A stretch of DNA of 64,000 nucleotides from NCBI RefSeq assembly GCF_006345805.1, contig NC_042997.1, positions 117,180,001 to 117,244,000 on the forward strand, written 5' to 3'. The stretch is from Octopus sinensis (lineage: Eukaryota). How positions within the stretch are numbered: position 1 is the first letter of the stretch; each line of letters opens with the position of its first letter. Shown one piece after another: positions 1 through 12,179 of the stretch. The notes under the pieces were generated by a model. The model searched no databases. It saw only the letters and a program-made list of their open reading frames with translations, and was not told the DNA's origin. The position numbers were made by a program, and so were the translations under genes.

Positions 1-42
1 TATGTGAGTATGTGTGTATGTATGTGTGTGCATAGATGTATG

Positions 43-88
<46 letters not shown>

Positions 89-385
89 CGTGTGGGTGTG
101 GGGAAGTGTGTGTATGTGCATGTGTGTGCGCGTACATACAGGTGTGTGAGTGAGTGTGTGTGTGTGTATGTATGTGTGAGTGTGTATGTATGTGTGTGTC
201 GGATGCATGTATGTGTATGGGTGTATGTATGCGTGTGTGTATGTATGTATGTGTACGTGCGTGTGTGTGTGTGTATGCGTGTAGGTGTGCGCGTGTGCAT
301 GCATGCATGCATGTGCGTATGTGTGTGTGTGTGTGCATGTGTGTGGGTATATATGTATGTGCGTATATATATATATATATACATA
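1..385. repeat. Compound (TG)n/(TATG)n/(TA)n microsatellite
   Basis: Directly visible dinucleotide and tetranucleotide repeats; source of the ORFs 14..388 and 154..432. Confidence 0.97.
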
Positions 386-1648
386 TAGGTCAGGTGCTTG
401 TATTTGTGCACTTGTTTGTTAGAGGAAATTGAGCACAGACGTGGAAGAATGATCTCAAATTTGCCATTCAATCTTAACTTCTCTAGTACAAGCACAATAA
501 GCAGTAGCTTTAGCGCGTCTTTTCTAACGTAATATTTGCGAGAGGGAGAGTAAGAGAGAGAGTGTGTATTCGCGGAGAGGGAAGGACATCAATGGCGTGT
601 GACAGACTCCACCCACAATTCAAAAACTCTGTATATTTATCCATATATTATATATTCAATTAGCATGTGTGTGTAATTTACCGTACGACACCCATATTAC
701 TAGCAGGCCATTAAAGGAAGAGTAAGTCGCTTCTTCCTTCTGTAGACAGGGCTGCCACCATGGAAAAGTACTAGAAGCCCTTTCACCTCTCGTGCTTAGG
801 ATACAATGAAGACATAGGCCCCAGGGCGTCGGATAGCCGACAAGGCAGAGGAGTTCTAGACCAACGGCTTGAATGGTTTCTGTGACCAAGCGGAAAATCT
901 TCACTATCAAATGACATTTGGGCGTCAAAGTGAGCTGCTTCTGAGGGGTAGCCTCATCGTCGACAATGCTCGTTGCACTCTTGTACACCACTCGTTACTT
1001 AGCATGGAGGTCCAGAGAAGATATCTTGTAGGAGGACAACTCCAGATGTCTTACTCACCACCCAAGGCGTTCATGAACCGAACACTCAACGTTGACCTTC
1101 GACAGACAACCGATGACGATATAATTCAGATGAGCGGACAAATAGAATATTCGTCGAACCGAAGCAACCATTCGATTATTTTTAATTATCATATATATTC
1201 ATAAAACACTTTTTAATTATAATGGAAGCATAATAGATCTCAATTACGAATGGAAACTGACAAATCCTGACACATTACAAAATTATTGCTTGCAAATTAT
1301 ATTCATGGAAAAGATTTTGTACATGAATACATTCGCGCTTTAGTATAATTTTATGAAAATTCATTTCGTATTCACTTTGGTAGAAAAATATATAATAAAG
1401 TATAATATATTCAAATATGTTAACACTTGTGTCTTACCTTTTGTTAGTTATAATTTCTCTAAAATTTTCGGCTGAGATTCTTGTCACAAATTTATGCTAA
1501 ATAGTTTTCTATCCGTTATCTAATAGACAATTGCAGACAGCATTTCGTCTCTAGGAATTCGAACAGGCGGTAATATAAGGAGGAAATGTTCTTTCAAGCG
1601 CTAGAGAAAACTTTTAGAAAGAAATTATTGATTCGTATACGTATAAGC

Positions 1649-1761
<113 letters not shown>

Positions 1762-1772
1762 TTATTTTATCC

Positions 1773-1948
1773 TTTTATTTGTTTCAGTTATTAGACTGCG
1801 GACATGCTGAGCACTGCTTTTAGTCGAACAAACAAATCGATTCCAGAATTTATTCTTTATAATCCCAGTACTTATTTTATTGGTGCCTTTTGCCGAGCCG
1901 CTAGCTAACGGAGACGTAACATCGGTTGTCAAACACAGACGCACAAGC
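1773..1948 (-). mobile_element. SINE family A, 3' half
   Basis: Similar by eye to the 3' half of the full-length copy at 10472-10896 (gtttcagt..actgcgg..catgctg..agtacttatt..ttttgccga..cggttgtcaa). Confidence 0.8.
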
Positions 1949-2533
1949 ATGTATATATATGTATGTATGTATGTGTGTATGTATGTATGTATGTATGTAT
2001 GTATGTATGTATGTATGTATAGCTAGCTAGATAGATATATAAATAACAAATGAAAGAGAGAAGATGGAATATACGAGAATATATTATTAATCACAATTAT
2101 TTCGATACATATACCATCGACTCCTCTTGTGGGACACGCAAAAACTGTTTCAGGAGTATCCGGTGGTGCAGACGTATCTCGTCGGGTGATAAATAAATAA
2201 CAAAAATCTCATTAAAATGACTGTTCCATAAAGCAACTTTCGGTTTGTAGAGAGAAAAAAAGCCAGACGGAGCAAAATTCTTCACATATATAGAAGATCC
2301 AAAAATAAAATTGTAGAAGACAAAAAGAGAAACGAACACTTAATCCAGCGAGAAAAGTATTGAAAATAGCCGTTAACCGATATTGATGTATAAACGCCCT
2401 CAGGCAAGCAGGATGGCACTAGTACGCACGCTCATACAAGCATTAGCAAGAATGTGAGTATACGCACACGCGAGGTTAGGCGCACTCATAATTACAAACC
2501 GAGTTAGATATTTAGTAGGATATATATATATAT

Positions 2534-2680
2534 ATACGGCAGCTCCTTTCAGTTTATATCTACCACGTCCACTCACAAGGCTTTGGTCGGCCCTAAGCTA
2601 TAGTATAACACACTTGCCCAAGGTGCCACGCAGTGGGGCTGAACCAGGAACCATTTAGTTGGTAAGCAAACTACTTACCG
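2534..2680 (-). mobile_element. SINE family A, 5' half
   Basis: ctttcagttt..cactcacaaggctttggtcggcc..cacttgcccaaggtgccacgcagtgg..ctgaacc..aagcaaactacttacc matches the 5' half of 10472-10896. Confidence 0.85.
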
Positions 2681-2729
2681 CCGGAATTTAAAAAAGTATA
2701 TATATATATATATATATATGTATATGTAT

Positions 2730-2807
2730 ATAGTTGGAATTTACAAGACAACAAACAAAACAAAAGACGAAGACGGGTGTGTAGACAACAAACAGATGAA
2801 TTAGTTT

Positions 2808-2866
<59 letters not shown>

Positions 2867-3080
2867 AATCCAGAAAAATGAACAACAAACATAAAAAACA
2901 CAACAAGTCGAGGACGTCGTACATGTAAAGTATTAGCAGCCGCTCAGGGAAGGATGGAAAGATGGTTTAATGTTTCAAGCAACGCTCTTCTGCAAAAACA
3001 AAGGAAAGTCCAATACAAAAGGAAGACGGGGGAATACAATCGCTAACGATTCATATGTGGGTGCCATTTTCTAAAGTGAA
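2730..3080 (-). mobile_element. Penelope-like element remnant carrying a decayed hammerhead motif
   Basis: Set in (TA)n. Minus strand reads GTTT-TTGCAGA-A-GAGC-GTT-GCTT-GAAAC-ATT-AAAC, then CTGAGCG, as at 36.4 kb and 60.5 kb. PLE assignment is inferred from the known PLE-hammerhead association. Confidence 0.5.
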
Positions 3081-3493
3081 ATATAAGAAAGTATTTCAAA
3101 CCTTTTAGAGATTGATTAGTTTGTATATCTAAAATATACTATTTCAATAGTAAGACACCATTGCTACAAAAAGACTCATAAGAATAATGTTATTGGTTCT
3201 ATATTTTTTTCAAGCTATAGAATGTTATGTTAAGCAATACAATTTTATCAGGTAGGATTAAGCTGCAAGTATCCTTTGTAAAAAGGCCTTTGTAATTTGC
3301 ACGAATGGGCATTTTCTTTTCTTTTGGCGTTCTGATTCTATCTAACATGATTCCATTCATACCTAACTAGATTCTTCTTGGCTAATCCTTCTCCTTGCAG
3401 TAGCATTTCGAAGAATCTCTCAGATTACATATATTCAATTTGTTTTTCTTCTGTCACATTGTCTGCTATATTTCACATATGCAAGCACAAATA

Positions 3494-3955
3494 TGCACAC
3501 ACACACACACACACACAAGCATGCACACGCATAATCACACACACACACACCACACACACACACACGCACGCACGTACACACACATAAACACACACATACA
3601 CACACACACAACTTATGAATATTGGCATTCGCACGCAAATATAAGAGCAAGCGGTCTGATAAACACGCATAGGCCATGTTTCTCTCTCTCTCTCTCTCCC
3701 TTTCTCTTTCTCTCTCTCTCTCTCTCCCTTTCTCTTTCTCTCTCTCTCCCTTTGTCTTTTCCCTTTTCCTCCATTCCTGACAATATCCTTGGTCCATTGA
3801 TTTTCTGTATGTATGCCTTATCTCTCTGCCAGCCTATCACATGTTCGTAAATTTCATCTACACTGCCTACTTTATCATTTCCTCCCTTCTCTCTTCGCTT
3901 TTCTCTATTTTCACTATGACACTAATTCTTTCCCCATCTCCTCTCTAACACACTT

Positions 3956-3992
<37 letters not shown>
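3494..3992. repeat. Cluster of (CA)n (about 3494-3610) and (CT)n (about 3680-3750 and 3958-3992) tracts
   Basis: Directly visible; source of several low-complexity ORFs. Confidence 0.92.
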
Positions 3993-3997
<5 letters not shown>

Positions 3998-4817
3998 ATC
4001 CCTTCTTTCTCTTTCTATCTCGCCATGCACTCTATTTCTTTTTTCCTTTATGTCATACATATCCAATTTTTTACTCTCGTATTTCTCCCTCACAATATTA
4101 GATAAAAACATTGCTAAACTAAGTCGCCATTTTCATATCCAAAATTTAGCCAAACTATTTCTTCCTGTTCACAAAATAATGTCAATCAATTATAGTATAT
4201 TGGTAGAAGAAAATCAATATATATCAACAGAGAAACTTCAAAGAGAACTAGAGTGACAGTTAATATATTTTCATTTTTAAAATGGCACGTGTTTTTTTTT
4301 CTCTCTCTTTATATATAAATATCATTTTTTAAACATGGGTTCTCAGTTATTACAGTTTTCTAACTCAATCTATATCTCCTCTCTTATCTTCACACTCGCT
4401 TTTGCTAGTTTATTTATTACGAATGTCTATTTATAAATCAATGAGGGTTTTTAACTAAAATCAAATATTAAACTTTGCTTCGGTAGAATCAATAAATATA
4501 TCCAAATTACTATGATTAATCCAGTAATACAATGCATTATTTCCAACAGAACAGTTGCTATCTTGCAGCAAAACATATCAGAGGAAGGCCGACCTAGCGA
4601 CAGTGTTTGGGGTACGTTTGAGAGGATTGATTATCCTGTATAAAGTCGATTATTGTCTAACAATCTCATTCAATATACATCCGTGTATCTGTATGTGTGT
4701 GTGTGCGTGTGATGTGTAAGTGTGTGCATGTACGTGTGTGTGTATACATACATATATATATATATACATACATGCTGCATAATTTGCCTCTATGTATGAA
4801 TGTATACACATACACAA

Positions 4818-4960
4818 AGGCGCGGGCGTGGCTGTATGGTAAGAAGTTTGCTTCCCAACCACATAGTCCCGGGTTCAATTTCATTGCGTGGAACCTTGAG
4901 CCCCTATAAGTGGATTTGATGGTCGAAAACTGAAAGAAGCCCGTCGTATATATATATATA

Positions 4961-5009
<49 letters not shown>

Positions 5010-5175
5010 TTGTGCTGGTGTGTTTATGACCTCGTAAAGCAATAGTTCCGCAAAAATAACCGATAAAATAAGTACCAGGCTATAAATAGGGAATAAGTAC
5101 TGGGATCGATTCGCTCCACTAAAATATTGCAAGCTAGTACCCTAGCATAGCCGCAGTCTAAAGGTAAAAGAAAAA
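4818..5175 (+). mobile_element. SINE family A, near full length with internal deletions
   Basis: tRNA-like head (ggcgtggctgtatggtaag; B-box-like gggttcaattt), gaaagaagcccgtcgta, internal (TA)/(TG) tract, 3' cagcatagccgcagtc-like end. Confidence 0.85.
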
Positions 5176-5489
5176 AATGCGTGTGTGTGTATGTGTGTAC
5201 GTACGCTAGTATATATCTATGTTTGTATATGTAGGTGGAGAGCAGGGTTTTGTTGCAGTAAGTAACATCTTATAGTAAGCCTAAATATAATTATGCCTTT
5301 ATAACATTTTCTGTAATATTTTACATCTTCGCCCTAAAATCTCGAGCAGATTATATTGCCGCAAATTCTGCTGGAGTTAATGTAACCATGAATCTTTTGA
5401 ATTTGTTAGTGTCTCTTAATGTAGCAGAAAGCAGCTTTGAGACTGGAATAGAAATCGATATTTTCTACGAGAAATTCTATAATACTCGA

Positions 5490-5700
5490 CCGGCTAGAAG
5501 CTAATGAGGGAGCTCCTTTGTGAGTGCTAGAAATATCAACTGCATCTTCCTGAAATCATACCGTATCTTCTTTAAAATATTGCGCAGAGGATTATGTAGC
5601 CTGGAGTATGAGAAGATCCTGTATAGCCATGACTGTTATGCCCATGACGTTTGCTCTGCCTGATCAGAATTAACTTGAGTGGTTAAAGAGCAACAAAAAC
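5490..5700 (+). mobile_element. Interspersed repeat family C, decayed
   Basis: gctagaaatatcaactgcatcttcctgaaatcatacc resembles 21330-21380 and 22020-22070; ends in an (A/C)-rich tail. Confidence 0.5.
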
Positions 5701-7937
5701 GAGAGCATTATGCTAGTTCACAGTCTGTAACGCTGTTTGGTAAAGATCCACACAGACTATTAAACGGCATCCCAAAATAGCTATCTTTTTCATATTACAG
5801 TTATTTTGTATGGCGAGTTGACATAGTGGATAGAATCGTACACGTCATATATTCTTAGGTCTAACGAATACGGGTATTTCCTATTTCAAAGTTAAAATAA
5901 AAGCAGCTTAATTTTTGAAGAAAGAACGTCTGTAGATTCATTAGATTTAGAGGGATGCTCTAATTATGTTTATCAGCTATCAAGCTTAGTACATGCATAA
6001 AAATCACTGTTTAATACAAAACATTTGTGTCTTATTCTAACATCGCTCTTCTGACTGTGTTGAACATAATAAATACTGGGAAGATTATCTTAGATATAAC
6101 AACAATGAAAGGATATTGAATGCAACCTTTCAGTTTCTTTTTTTCCTCCTTCTTACTTTTTAAATCATAGTTTATAATGTGCATAAATTGCTGAGTAGAG
6201 ACTATTTCAAGTAATTATTCTTTTATCAGATATTCATAATTCTTTTATGATATATTAAAGAATATTTTAAGCGTACATTGTGTTAAATAGAAAACCAGTA
6301 TTTCTTAATCTTTTCAAAAGATTTCTAAATATGGAGCATTTTACCAAAAACACGAACATATTCGCAAGATTATTTATAAATATTTTTTTTTCTTTTTAAA
6401 AAAACCAAATCTAATAATTATGAATAATATAAAAACTAAACACCGAGTGAGACATTCATTCAAAAAGATAATTACCTCTTTATATTCACCATTTTTTTTA
6501 TATCTTTAAAGAAAAACATATGAATATATATATATATATAGATAGATAGATTAGAAAAACAAATACGATGGCTGTATTAGAGAGCTATTATCTGTCTGGG
6601 TCAGAATACATCATATTACTCTTTCTGAATAATTTTAACGAATGCAAAATTTTCATACGATTGATTACTTAAGAAAATCATTTTCCATAACAGTGCTTAT
6701 TTTGGCTAGCAATAATATTTATTCTGTGCAATTACATGTATTTTTGTTGTAGCGATATGGAATTAGTGTATTACCTGTAGCTGAGGTATGCGGATAAAAA
6801 TACATAAATGTTTGCATCAAAAGAAAACTAAAATTGGAAATATTCGAAAAGAAACAAAAACTTTCGATACTGATAAAGAAAAAAATATTAAATGCATTTT
6901 CTGAATAACAATTTTTATTGCAGTTACATTTCCATATTGATTAGCAACCAAATAGGATATTCACTTCACATCTTCTAGAGAAAAATACTTTGATAAAAAT
7001 AGAAAGGAGGCAAAAATTCTAGTCTCAATAGCCTTAAAGTTCCCAACAAGTCATGTAAAATATATCAGAGTCGATTAAAATATTCGTAACCATGAATACG
7101 ATTTATGTTTTCATGTTAGTATATTTGATATCAAGAATGCGTATCTATAAATGTAATTTCGTATGGGTATTTGAAATTCTCAGCTTTATATCTACAACAC
7201 ATACTATACATTTTGACTATTTTTTATGTATGTTTTTTTCGTTTACATGTGAGAATAGCTGATACAGAATGGTGCATAGAGCGTGTATTTATGCTAACAC
7301 ATGAACTTTATTTGCATGAAACATATCACTGACTCTGACGTCAATTGTAAAATATCTAAACAAGAATATCTTTGTGTCTGCTTCATCGATTAAAAACATC
7401 TGCTTAATAACAGCTTCATAATGAATCAAATTGTCATTGGTTTTAAATTTCTCAAGAGAAACAATTTTGTGAGATCATTAAGATTGTTGAATAAAATATA
7501 TTGATTTATATCCACTTGGCTAAGCACCACTGATTTATCACCTCAGTGAGGTGTTGTAGTAGTCATGTTTCTTTTTCACGAGCATGAATTGCATAAACTC
7601 CAAGAAGAGTGTCTTCCTACAGTTATCAGAAATCGATTTTCTGGAAGTTCAGTGTAGCTCAACCGTAACTGAGCTTATTCTGAACTGCAAGAGTTAGCAT
7701 ATTTTCTACCGAAAAGAGCATATTGATGTTATTAATAAGCTTTTCTTTAGCCTAATCACAAAGTCTATTTTTAATTGCATATAATCTTATATTATTACAG
7801 AAAAAAATTACAATTTCTACGGCTTCACAGTTGTATTAAATATAATACTTGACTTAGTCTCAACATCTCTTGTATAGGGTTTAGAACAGATTGTAGCATA
7901 ACCATTTCTTTCTTAGTACTTTAGGGCCTTTTCCTTT

Positions 7938-8011
7938 CTCTCTGTCTCACTCTTTCTATCTCTATCTCTCTATCTTTCTTTCTCTCTCTCTCTCTCTTTC
8001 TCTCTCTCCTT

Positions 8012-8061
<50 letters not shown>

Positions 8062-8062
8062 C
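7938..8062. repeat. (CT)n microsatellite
   Basis: Directly visible. Confidence 0.95.
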
Positions 8063-8409
8063 AGCTATGTGAACTGACTCAGCGGTAATCAATAGGTTGG
8101 TATCCTATTACTTCACCTAGTAACAACTGTTGAGGAAATGTATAAGGCATTAAAATCGGACGTAGGAAATTTGCTAATTAACTGTTTCCTGCTCCCGATT
8201 TAGGCGTAAGGCTAGAAAATTTGATGGAGGGGTTTTTGTTATATCATTGGCCCACAATACTTGAACGGTATTTATTTTATCGTCCTCGGCTTGCACATTG
8301 TTGAGTATTACTATAGTTTCTCTCATCAAGTCTGTTTCCGTGTTATTTGTTATTGTGCACTAATTCTAGTTTAAATGCGATATTATATCTTCTTTATTTT
8401 CTCCTTAAT

Positions 8410-8600
8410 CCTGCTGTAGATTAAGGAGGTAATTTTCAGGACTGAAAATAGCTCTTGACACCAATGAAGGCTTCGTAGGAAATGTGTAAAGATCTAGAAG
8501 CTCATGCGTGAAAAGAGCAAAAATGTCCTGTTTGTGGAGGAGAGAAGGAAACCCTTCGCAATTTCTTAACAGATGACGCTGCTGCATCACTGATTTGATA
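8410..8600 (+). mobile_element. Possible decayed LINE 3' fragment (zinc-knuckle-like)
   Basis: Manual translation KEQKCPVCGGEKETLRNFLTD resembles the C-x2-C-x4-E-T-x2-H-x-L-x2-C motif of LINE ORF2 C-termini. The His and last Cys are absent and stops flank it. Confidence 0.3.
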
Positions 8601-9949
8601 GACAAAAAGTAAGGCAACAAGGGTAGCGTGGCTGCAGTAGAGTTTAAGAAGCTTTTTTTTTATTACTAAGTAATTTTAATTGAATTTATCTCAACGGTAT
8701 TAGCAAAACCATAAAATTTATTACAAAGAAAATAATAGGAATTTCAAAATAATTAAGTAACAATCTTTGTAAGAGATTAATTTCATCTGACTCTAAAGAC
8801 TCTGCAGCAACAACGTCTCGACAAGCATGATGGAAAATATCAAGGCGTTGTGCAAAAAAAGGTGCATCTTTGATGCCGCAAAATGCAATATATAGTAAAT
8901 TTGTGGCATGTAAAGTGTTAGGAGAATATAACGATATCCTCCTCGATAATTGATTCATTACATTAAATCGAAAGGTCTAGATCGATTTTTCCTAGTGTGT
9001 GGCTTTGGAAATATCTCACCAGGCCGGGATCGTTTTTATAGAGGAATATACTATTCATATTTATCTACAAAGCCGGATAGAACTGTAAATTTCAACGGTC
9101 GTAATAACTTTGAATGTCACAATACAAAATTGACTTTCACTAAATACCTCCTATTCAGAAATAGCTACACGAAGAACATATTTAATGCTGTTTTTTTTTT
9201 TTTTTCTCGCGTCTATCAAACTTTGCATAATATCTATATTTGAACTTACAGGAATTTACTGTCAGACGTCAAGAATCTTGATTGGTGAAAGACAGGAAAT
9301 TAATGTCCATCCAAACTAGCGTAAACAGACAGTGAAATTGATGAACAGTTGAGGGAAACCATAGCGAACACATGCGTGTGAGATAAGCAGTCGAACATTG
9401 CTATATTATATAACCTCTTTAAAAATATTCTATAATTTCTTCATCAGTTATACAATGGTCGAATTGAATTTTCTTCTTTTGGTCATTCTGCCGTATACTC
9501 ATGCGTATTACAATTCATGCTAGGTGATCAGAAATGCAAATACGATTACTTGCTGAAATGAAATTTATGTCACTAACAACGAGACAGTTGCGTTTTTCCA
9601 ACTTTATAAACTTACATAAGAAAAAATTATATATTAGAAAGTATTCTAACTGTTATATTTTCACTCTTAATTTTATACAGCTCAGACAAGATTTTTTTCT
9701 CTATAAATGTGTTACTAAATGTTAATTCTATTTATAATAATCGTGCGGAACAATTATATATTCTTCCATATTTACATTTACAGTAAACAAAAGTAAAAAA
9801 AATACAATACAGACAAAGTAATGTTTTTGCTGTTGCTATTGTTTTTGTTATTTTTTACTCCCGATTCGCTTTTATCGAGTAGACTTAGTACCAAATATAT
9901 TTTATGGCTTCTGTCGCTTATTGTTGACCGTGCATCTACACATATATGC

Positions 9950-10250
9950 ATGTCACTGATTATTATGCAAAAGGAAGGTTACAGACTTGGGCCGATACAG
10001 TCTGGCACCAAGGCCATCGTAGAAGTTACTCTTATCCACCAAGAACCAGAAAAGACACGATTCAATGTCACATCCGACCTGAAACAGTTTCACCAATCCT
10101 CCGCCCCTGGATCGGTACATTTCTTTTATTATCAACCTCCGATTTTGGTAGGATTTGATCTCTAAGCGCAGCAGGTCAGAACAAATAGAGCTAAATGTAT
10201 TACACCAATGAGCTTTTTGTCTCTTCCCCCAGACATAGTGCACGCAGAGC
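9950..10250 (-). mobile_element. Possible decayed CR1/L2-like LINE fragment
   Basis: ORF 9953..10243 contains SDLLRLEIKSYQNRRLIIKEMYRSRGG, loosely like the CR1 C-terminal 'RLxxLxLxSLExRRxxxxxxxYK' region. Weak. Confidence 0.25.
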
Positions 10251-10471
10251 TAAATTATACAGTATGCGCCTCTTTGTAAAGGTATTAGATGCGCACTGGT
10301 AGAAAAAACAGCAACTAATATTGGTAAATAATATCAATATCCTCGTGTGGAATATTTCATTAATTTAGATCGTTATTTTCATTATTACATTAAAAACAAT
10401 TATTAACACTGCTTGGGAAAATACAGCAACTGTTCTGGTGGGGTGAATGGGAAAACATGATTTTACACTAA

Positions 10472-10896
10472 TACTCTTTTTACTCTTTTACTTGTTTCAG
10501 TCATTTGACTGTGGCCATGCTGGAGCACCGCATTTAGTCGAGCAAATTGATCACAGGACTTATTCTTTGTAAGCCTAGTACTTATTCTGTCGGTCTTTTT
10601 TGCCGAACCGTTAAGTTACGGGGACGTAAACACACCAGCATTGGTTGTCAAGCGATGTTAGGGGGACAAACACAGACACACAAACATATACACACACATA
10701 CATATATATATATATACATATATACATATATACAACGGGCTTCTTTCAGTTTCCGTCTACCAAATCCACTCACAAGGCTTTGGTCGGCCCGAGGCTATAA
10801 TAGAAGACACTTGCCCAAGGTGCCACGCAGTGGAACTGAACCCGGAACCATGTGGTTGGTGAGCAAGCTACTTACCACACAGCCATTCCTACGCCT
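10472..10896 (-). mobile_element. SINE family A, full length (tRNA-derived, CORE-like; possibly the OR/OK octopus SINE group)
   Basis: Minus strand: A-box-like tggctgtgtggt, B-box-like gggttcagttcc, CORE-like caccttgggcaagtgtctt, central (TA/TG) microsatellite, 3' gactgaaacaagtaaaagagta tail. More than 15 related copies occur in the window. Confidence 0.92.
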
Positions 10897-11639
10897 AATA
10901 ATACACTATTATTATTTTTCTTCGGCAATAACATTAATTTCGTTTAACAAAGTATGTTTAAATTGTTCATCATATGGCAGGAATAACATTTATACAGAGT
11001 GTAGTACACGTTGCAATATGATTAAGCTCTGTGCAGAATGACCAAGGGCCGATAATTCATCTAGTGCATATGCATATTAAGTATTCGCAGTCGTAGGCTT
11101 GTTTCCAAACATTCAAATGTTTAAGCTTTGTTTGTTAAGAGAATTTTTAATAAGATTTCGTTAATCAAGAAATTATCTTTTACAAGAAGGGTGTACACAA
11201 TATCATTGTGTTTGATTAAACATCTTAATCTTCTATATTACTTTAGTTAAGAGATGTTATAATTATTGGATATCAAATGTCGAGAGATATCATTTACGAC
11301 AATGTATATTATTTATATATTTATCGGTCAATAATTGTTTTGTTTGAGAAAGAAAATGTGTGTGTGTGTGTGTGTGTGTGTTGTATGTGTGTGTGTTTAT
11401 GTGTGAATTTGTGTTTACGTATATATGTGCCTGTGGTACCAGTATGCGTTTATAATGTTTGTATTAGAATGTGTGTGAGAGTGAAAGCACGTCATTACGT
11501 GAGCGGATCTATATTTTTTTTTACATAGGAACACATTCCTGTGTTTGCATGACTACTATTGCTAATATTTTACATGTTTTCCAAGTTCCATTAGTGACTT
11601 TTTAATTTCAGTTTCCTAAGTAGTCATTTTGTGATGTTC

Positions 11640-11830
11640 AACTTCTCAAGATGATGCGGAGACAGTTGTTAGTTACTAAATCGCATGAGCTCATAACCAC
11701 AGATATAAGTCACACCTCGCCGTCTTAGAAGAGACCACATTGTATTATGTAGTCCTTAATTCCTACGCGCAGGAGAAAGACGGGAATTTAAGGACTGAAA
11801 TTTCTATGGTCATAGGCATAAACATCAACA
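11640..11830 (+). mobile_element. Interspersed repeat family C, decayed
   Basis: tcacacctcgccgtcttagaagagaccacattgtattatgtagtcc resembles the other family C copies. Confidence 0.4.
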
Positions 11831-12179
11831 ATCAATACTTTTTCATATCATAGATACCCATGCTTTCTACATCCCTGTAATCTGTTATATTGTCATCTAC
11901 CCTATTATCATCCCCGCGGATTACATTGTACATGTATCCTCGTTTATCACGGATTTACTCACATTCATCACTATTCTAGGGTACCACCGTGTACTAATTG
12001 TGAGCCATGACGCGCTTATCACGAATTTATCCGTGATAACATGAGTCGGTGATCAGTCAAAAATTCTACTTGAATCGCAGAAGGGTGCCCCAGCGACCAT
12101 CAACAATTTTCAGGATAACTTTGATATCCGAATGAAACCTATTTTTGCCATATGTTCTGTTATTCATTTACCACTCATT

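Noticed and set aside
4550-4612. Possible short exon after ttatttccaacAG with a GTACGT donor
   Set aside because: Two frames are open but neither is recognisable; consistent with chance.
7336-7343. Perfect CRE-like TGACGTCA; also the ACGTCATG-AA-CATGACGT palindrome near 42716-42733
   Set aside because: About one such 8-mer is expected by chance in 64 kb, and there is no promoter context.
8686-8958. 90-aa minus-strand ORF with a protein-like middle (IFHHACRDVVAAESLESDEINLLQRLL)
   Set aside because: No recognisable family, a non-ATG start and no clear exon boundaries.
9990-10165. Plus-strand peptide GPIQSGTKAIVEV..FFYYQPPIL resembling an IPT/TIG domain
   Set aside because: Only loose similarity, no convincing splice sites, and the opposite strand has an equally weak LINE-like reading.
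10790-10896. tRNA-like A/B boxes here and in other SINE heads
   Set aside because: No complete cloverleaf; they are the Pol III promoters of multi-copy SINEs.
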